From: Eledone cirrhosa
Lineage: Eukaryota
Direction: 5' to 3'
Length of the DNA stretch: 64,000 bases
NCBI GenBank assembly: GCA_964016885.1
Contig: OZ024746.1
Coordinates: forward strand, 11,036,001-11,100,000
Shown here: one piece after another, positions 56,727 to 64,000 of the stretch
Position numbering within the stretch: the stretch's first letter is position 1
Layout: each line of letters starts with the position of its first letter
Program-made: the position numbers and the translations under genes
Notes under the pieces: generated by a model
Seen by the model: the letters and a program-made list of their open reading frames with translations, nothing else
What the model was told of the DNA's origin: nothing
Database searches by the model: none

Positions 56727-57225
56727 ATACATATATGGATGTACATTTTTAACTTAATTGTTTAAGCGTCAGTCATACAAAAGTGAGTTACAAACGAAAC
56801 GAAATTTAATTTCGTTTCGTTATTTGTTTTTATCGTCTCCGTTGAACCGGTACGTACTCACACTCTATGCAAATTAGTCTGCCCACTACTAATTTTCATA
56901 GAAAAAGCATATAACGATATGTGCTTTTACGATTCTCCAGAAAGGCCAGTAGATAGGTAAATATTGCTGATGAGTTGTAACAACAACGAAACTAGTTCAA
57001 TATTCCTTGTCTGGCTTTCTGGAGAATAGAGGAAAGGTGTTTCCTCAAAAACCAGTATGACTCTAAAAACCGGTTTGTCTGTGTGTTTACATACAGAATA
57101 GCTGGATACTCACAGTAAAGTAACCAGTGAAAGACTTGGTACATCTACATATGTATACGTGTGTGTATTCATATGCATACTAGTATTTCAGTATACATAT
57201 ATGGATGTACATTTTTAACTTAATT
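56727..57225 (+). mobile_element. 466-bp monomer plus 33-bp terminal direct repeat, homologous to the 489-bp unit, flanked by (TA)n
   Basis: atacatatatggatgtacatttttaacttaatt at 56727-56759 and 57193-57225. Shares tatgcaaattag..taattttcata and the HHR block with the 489-bp unit. Confidence 0.8.
56960..57004 (+). ncRNA. Type I hammerhead ribozyme, canonical core
   Basis: aatattg-ctgatga-gttgt aaca acaac-gaaac ta gtt^-caatatt. Outer stem attctccagaaaggccag/ctggctttctggagaat. Confidence 0.9.
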
Positions 57226-57437
57226 ATATATATATAATTGTATATATATAAGTGTATATATATATAAGTGTATATATATATAAGTGTATATATATATATA
57301 TATAAGTTTATATATACATATAAGTGTATATATATAATATATATATAATATATATATATAATATATATATATATAAATGTGTGTGTATATACATATAAGT
57401 GTATATATATAATATATATATATAATATATATATGTA

Positions 57438-57469
<32 letters not shown>

Positions 57470-57500
57470 TATGTAATATATATATATATATATATATATA

Positions 57501-57531
<31 letters not shown>

Positions 57532-57567
57532 ATATGTATATGTAATATATATATATATATATATATA

Positions 57568-57621
<54 letters not shown>

Positions 57622-57648
57622 ATATGTATATATATATATATATATATA

Positions 57649-57685
<37 letters not shown>

Positions 57686-58025
57686 GTATATATAATATAT
57701 ATATATATATAATATATATATATATAATATGTATATATAATATATATATATATATATAATATATATATATAATATGTATATATATATATATATATAATAT
57801 ATATATATAATATGTATATATAATATATATATAATATATATATATAATATGTATATATAATATATATATATAATATGTATATATAATATATATATAATAT
57901 ATATATATAATATGTATATATATATATATAATATGTATATATAATATATATATAATATATATATATAATATGTATATATAATATATATATAATATATATA
58001 TATAATATGTATATATAATATATAT

Positions 58026-58063
<38 letters not shown>

Positions 58064-58068
58064 ATTAT
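57226..58068. repeat. (TA)n compound microsatellite
   Basis: Direct reading. Confidence 0.95.
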
Positions 58069-58903
58069 ATGCCCTGTATATGTACATGTATGTAGGTAAA
58101 CATCAATACTAAATTACTGCTTGAGAAATCTGTCTACTTGCACACAAACGCAAATTCAGGAGAAATTCACATGTATCTACATGTAGGAGAGTACATGTAT
58201 CCATATTTATGTATGTGTGTGTATATATGTGTGTGTGTATGTGTATGTGTGTATGTGTGTGTGTGTGTATGTGTGTGTGTGTGCGTGTGTGTGTATGAGT
58301 GCGTGTGAGCGTGTATGTGTGTGTGTGTGCGCGTGTCTGTGTGTGTGCGTGTGTGTGTATGTGTACGTATGAAGCGAAGGAGATGAAAAGGGAAAACAAG
58401 AGAGAGAGAGAGGGAGTCAGACAGATAGATAGACGGGGACAAAGAGAATCTCAGACAAATTGTAAAGCAACATAATTTAAAATCTGGTTTAGAATCTTTC
58501 ATCAGATTATTGGAATTAATCTCTTCCCAATCGTTTCAAGTCAGCCATTCACAATTGCTAATAGTATTATTACGTCTATAACATGGACAGATATTGTTTA
58601 CCCAGTATAGAGCTACTGAGATGGTTTAAAGGAAAGTGGGAGACAGTGGGAAGTTTTGATAGAGAGAACGAAAGTAGGTGAGTGAAGAGAGAATGGCTGG
58701 AATATATAATATATATGTTATATATATTATATATATATATAATATATATTTTATGGCACATTGGGTAAGTTTCTTCTGCTAAAGCTATGGGCTGAACAAT
58801 GACTAGTGAGAGGAAGATAGTAGTTGGAACCTCCTGAATTCCGTCTCTTATATTTCTCTAAAACGGCTTACTGGCTTTGAAATTAAATATGGATTTACAG
58901 ATG

Positions 58904-58943
<40 letters not shown>

Positions 58944-59141
58944 TATAATTTCTGAAGACAGCATATATATGTGAAGGTATGTATATTCTCTTTGATAGTT
59001 TGTATAATTTTGTACATAGATCTTTTGAATATGCATACCAATTCTAACACATATATGTCCTAGAAACGATCGTAAAATAATGAACTTTTTTTGTTTAATA
59101 TAAGGAACTGTTTCTTTGTTTATTCATTATTTCTTTAATAA

Positions 59142-59185
<44 letters not shown>

Positions 59186-59261
59186 CGAAGGAAATGTGGT
59201 AAGGAACCGGATGGACCATAACGCACCAAAGTACTCAATACTTAGGGTAGTAGAGTGGGTA

Positions 59262-59380
59262 ATAGGAACAAGTATGACCCCGACGGCAGAGCTCAAGCCG
59301 TTTCGATGGCTAATTCTGGAATCCAGAATTAGCTGTCGAAACGGCTTGAGCTCTGCCGTCGGGATCATACTTGTTCCTAT
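59262..59380. repeat. 119-bp near-perfect palindrome of an HHR-like 3' half
   Basis: 59-bp arms with 3 differences. Right arm: tagctgtc-gaaacggc ttgagctct gccgtc-gggatc. Confidence 0.75.
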
Positions 59381-59461
59381 ATATATATAAATATATATAT
59401 ATAAATATACATACATATACATACATACATATATATATATATATATTCATACACACACGTG

Positions 59462-59493
<32 letters not shown>

Positions 59494-61005
59494 CTCATTT
59501 GTATATATATATATATATATATTGTATATATATTGTCAAGAATCACACTGACAATCCTGTATGCATTACAAACACGACTGCTACCTATCGATCACTGCAG
59601 GCATCTATATTCAATAAGGGTTCATTGATGTATGGTACATAACTTAGTTTGTATATACTTGTTCATATATCTTAAAATTTACCTGGTATTTAGTACTTTA
59701 ATTTTTCTTTAGACCAACAATACCATGTGTACGTGAGTGTGTCTGTATATGTGTGTGTGTGAGTGTGTCTGTATGTCTGTACGTGAGTGTGTCTGTATTT
59801 GTGTGTGTGAGTGTGTCTGTATGTGTGTGTGTGTATGTTAGCGTGAGTTTGTTATTGTGTGCGCACGCGTATGTTTGATGGAAGTATATAGATGAGGTTA
59901 AAAGATTTGAACTGAAGAAGATGAATGAAGAGTATCTGATGAGGACGTGAGAGAAATATTGAGATACTCGGTGGAAGAAACGACTGGGAAGAAGGAAGGA
60001 AACAAACAAACAAAGAAAAGAAACAAACAAAGGAAGAGAGAAAGAAAGGAAGAAAGAGAAGAGGGATGAAAGAGAAAGGAAGAAGGAAATGACAGAACAG
60101 AAATGGTGAATGGATGATAAATGAAGCGAAGAGGTGAGAAACGAGAGAAAAAAAAAAAGAAAAAAAATGAAACTAAAAAGGCAAAACTAAGACACGATGC
60201 AAAGGTAAGAATAATAGAGAGTAAACCAGACATAGTGAGAGAGGGATAAAGAGTTTACTCTCTACCCCTCCCTATATATATAGAGAGAGAGGAGTAGAAA
60301 GTAAACGAGATATATAGAGGGGCTTACGGAGAAATATAGAGAGTTAGAGAGAAAGGGTGTTTACAGAGAAATATAGAGAGTAGGAAAGAGAGAGTGGCGG
60401 AGTGAAATATAGAGAGCAAGGGAGGGGGGATGCGCAGAGATATAGAACGAGGGAGACAAAGAGAAAGAATGCGGAGAAATAGAGTGAGAGCTGGAGAAAT
60501 GTAGAAATATCTGGAACGAGTATTACTGGTAGATTGTAAACCTGCTCGACTCTCCGTAGTAGAAACAACACATACACCCTCTTCAAATTACACTCTAAAG
60601 TCTTAAAAGAAGAAGGACCCATTTAACAATGTAGGGCTGGATATACAAACAGACAACATGGCCATGATATGAATATTATTGTTCATAGGTTTGTTAGGTC
60701 AGATCTGACCAGAGGCTAAACAACAGTACTAAGCGAATAAGTTTCTACGTAGTTAGTTTAACTGCTCTAATTTTTTCCTTAAAATTACATCACGGTATCT
60801 TTTAAAAGGAGGTGGGGGTAATATCTGTAAACAACAACCGTAACACTATTTTAGCATGAATATAACCCAAGGCGTTCTATCTGAAGCCATCAAGTTTTTT
60901 GGTGGGGTGGGGGGAGGACATATCGTATTTCAAAATATGTTATCAAATTTCTTCCATTTTTTAAACGATGGTATGTGATTTCGAGGTAATTTTGCCAGCT
61001 ATTTC

Positions 61006-61118
61006 TAGTAGATCAAACTACTAGTAGCTCAAACTATCAGTAGCTCCCACTACCAGTAGATCAATCTACCAGTAGCTCAAACTATCAGTAGCTCAAACTA
61101 CCAGTAGATCAAACTATC
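61006..61118. repeat. 16-bp minisatellite (agtagctcaaactayc)
   Basis: About 7 units. Confidence 0.85.
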
Positions 61119-61748
61119 CTTAGCTTTGTTTGTTGTATGACTTCGGTACTACTACGCTTAATCTCTATGTTAATCTAGCCTTGTGTCTATATTGTACTCC
61201 GTGCCATGTACTGGTTCGTTGGCTGATTGTTGACCTATCTTGACACCTTCGCTATTCTTTATATTAGGCGTCGCTCGAAGAATTTATGATTATGTTTAGC
61301 TCAATGTTAAAAGACTTTTCGATGGTTATTAGGTGAGATTTTCTTGTTGCATCTGCAGGTTATGAACTGCATAGAAGTTATATTGCTTTCTTATTTGATG
61401 TGATTGTTAGTTTTCTTAAAACCTCTCTAACACTCATATTATTCTCTGTCTCTTTTTCAACCCCACCCCTCTCTCACACACTATCATTCATACTCCTCCC
61501 TCTCTCTCACACACACTATCATTCATACTCCTCCCTCTCCCTCACACACACTATCATTCATACTCTCCTCTTTCTCATACACTCTTCATCATTCTCCTCA
61601 TACGTTCTTCCTCACTCAATAATACACGTTCGTCTATCATTCCATTAAAACAAATATTTCTCTTTATTACAACTGTATTGGATAGTCTCCTAATGTGAGA
61701 AACTTTCATACATATATATATATTACAGAGAGCGAGAGAGAGAGAGAG

Positions 61749-61779
<31 letters not shown>

Positions 61780-63555
61780 GAGAGAGTCTCCCATACACAG
61801 ACTCATTTCCTTCATGTACACTGTAAATTAGAAGAGAAACAAAATCACAAAATTTTGTATAGCACCATCTATTGATATTGTAAAATAAAGGAACCTTTTC
61901 TCCGTCTTCAAACTGCCGGAAATGAGAGAAATGTACCTCAACACCTTATCGTCTTAGAAAAAGATGACATTTTATTGTTGCACTTTTTCGAAAGAAAAAA
62001 GATGCAGTGGCTACGGTTGGACACCTTTTTATAATAGTTCTTGACAACCAAATCTGATTAAAGATGAACATCAACAATGACAACATCAATGACAGTTACT
62101 GTAAAGCGGTTAATATGAGAAAGAAAGATAAAAGCAAAATTAAGTAATGAAAAAATGAGAAAGGGGTAAAGAAAGGCAAATCTGACTGTATGGGAAAGTA
62201 GAGGAAAGGACTATGAAAGCCATTAATGAGAGGAAAAGGAGGGGGGCAAGCAAGGACTCAAAGGTCACAGAATAAAGAGAAGGGGAAGGGGGAAGTTGAT
62301 GGGTTCTGGGTCCGGTGGAGTTGGGGCTCTGCCAATCCCTAATAATGCTTCTAAACAAGGAAGTTTGTTATCATTTCATCTAATATGAAGTCTAAAACAC
62401 AAATAACAATACAAGATGTTTGAAGGTAGAATCAAAAGGTGGCGGTTTTAAGAAGACTAGTCTGTTATAAGTTATTGCATAAGGGAAGTCATTTAGCATG
62501 TCTCTAGATGACTTTTTTCAGTTAATAAGAACTTACCTTAATGCTATTATAATATTAGGATAGATATATCGTCCATCTAGCCATAAAGAACAACTTGGAA
62601 TGCAAACTATCCCAGCTACGCATATTTTTAACGCGAAGCAATTACGAAAGAAGAAAGTAAGGGAAGTTGCTGAGGTTAATAGAACTAAGTTTGACAAATG
62701 TGTATACCACAGTAACAATAGTCTGGAAGACATCAATCATCTGTAACATATAGAACATCCTCAAAATACCACGACAGCAAAATAAAATTGTATTTGCTTC
62801 TATTTGAAATAAATCAGCGAAGAATGAATGCAACTTAATCTCAGCTCATAACAAGGTTCACTGATGATTTTAATTTGTTTAGTCTACAGCTAGAAGACTG
62901 ATCATTTACAAGTTTTTAATAAACCTACTGGTTTAATATTATCAGTGATCAATCATATAGTTAACAAGCGCAAAACAAACAGGGGTTCCTGATTTATGGA
63001 CACTTATTGTTCTACTGTACTCTGTTGCAGAAACGGTCGATATAAATGGATTAACGAATACGGTACACAGAGTACGAAAAAACCTTTATTTTGCAGTGAG
63101 GTGGGGGTGATATTGTCAGTTCTAATATAAACGTTACATATTTAAATATCTAATTGTTTCAAGGTGTTAATGTCCTTCATATCTATATCTACTCAGTATG
63201 AATATTTATTTATGTTCATACTTATAAAGGCCATAAGTAGTTCTAGCGCTAGCAATAGGGGTACCCAATTCAAAATGTATTTAATAATTAAGAAAGAAGG
63301 AAACAATGCTCCAGATCTAGGTGTTCAAATGCCGTCGAAGTCAAGTCTATCTTTCATCATTTCAACGTCAATATAGTACCAGTTCAATACTGAGGTCGAT
63401 TCTTTTACATATCTTTCTCGCTTTTCTTTCATTCTCTATTTCTCTGGAATAACTCAGTTGTGTTACGACCTAGAGAAATATGCACTCCACCAAGTTTAAC
63501 ACGACGGCGGCACCCCTACGACTCCATTGGGAGTTAAGAGGTTATGTTTATCCTT

Positions 63556-63945
63556 GGATTGGCAGTATCGGTAGAGGGTCGGACGCCATGCTTTGACGCA
63601 TAGAGTTACGGCCCTTGCCATTCTGAGTTCAAATCCCGCCGAGGTTAATTTTGCCTTTCATCCTTACGGGGTCGATAAAATAAAGTACCAGTAATGCACT
63701 GGGTAATTGCTGGCCTTGTGCCAAATGTAGAAACAATTATTACGTTTATTAAGGGCGGTGGATTGGCAGTATTGGTAGAGGGTCGGACGCCATGCTTTGC
63801 AGCAAAGAGTTACGTCTCTTTATGGTCTGAGTTCAAATCCTGCCGAAGTTAACTTTGCCTTTCATCCTTACGGGGTCGATAAAATAAAGTACCAGTAATG
63901 CACTGGGCAATTGCTGACCTTGTGCCAAAAGTAGAAACAATTATT
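63556..63945 (+). mobile_element. Two tandem SINE copies (63556-63741; 63753-63945)
   Basis: The second copy is flanked by attattacgtttattaa (63736-63752, 63940-63956), i.e. inserted at the tail of the first. Confidence 0.88.
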
Positions 63946-64000
63946 ACGTTTATTAATGGTCATTTTAGAGAAGATCTGGAATTAGCTTAGCAAAGAAAAC

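Noticed and set aside
58945-58990. ctgaaga-cagcatatatatgt-gaag as a hammerhead
   Set aside because: GAAG instead of GAAA and no stem I pairing.
62855-62910. CTGATGA at ~62861 as a hammerhead
   Set aside because: No properly placed GAAA or pairing stems I/II.

Overview
Eukaryotic, extremely AT- and microsatellite-rich DNA with no intact protein-coding gene. The long ORF-track entries are (TA)n/(TG)n artefacts. The tRNA-derived SINE family and Tx1-like LINE resemble octopus/cephalopod repeats (inference). The main signal is a dense set of type I hammerhead ribozyme (HHR) motifs read directly from the sequence: about 27 complete or near-complete cores in at least five sequence families. They sit in (i) a 489-bp tandem array (1-4150), (ii) a 310-bp tandem array with an internal inversion (50456-53252), (iii) a 466-bp monomer homologous to the 489-bp unit with compensatory stem changes, and (iv) several fold-back insertions whose RNA-sense 3' ends always point outward. 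Nearly all are embedded in or abut (TA)n tracts. A decayed Penelope-like element (RT + GIY-YIG) at about 15.7-17.1 kb is the class of element expected to mobilise such retrozyme-like RNAs. Also present: about 11 SINE copies, a 23-bp minisatellite made from a SINE head, RTE and Tx1/L1 LINE fragments, and a 200-N gap with a probable false duplication. All folds were done by eye; activity is untested.
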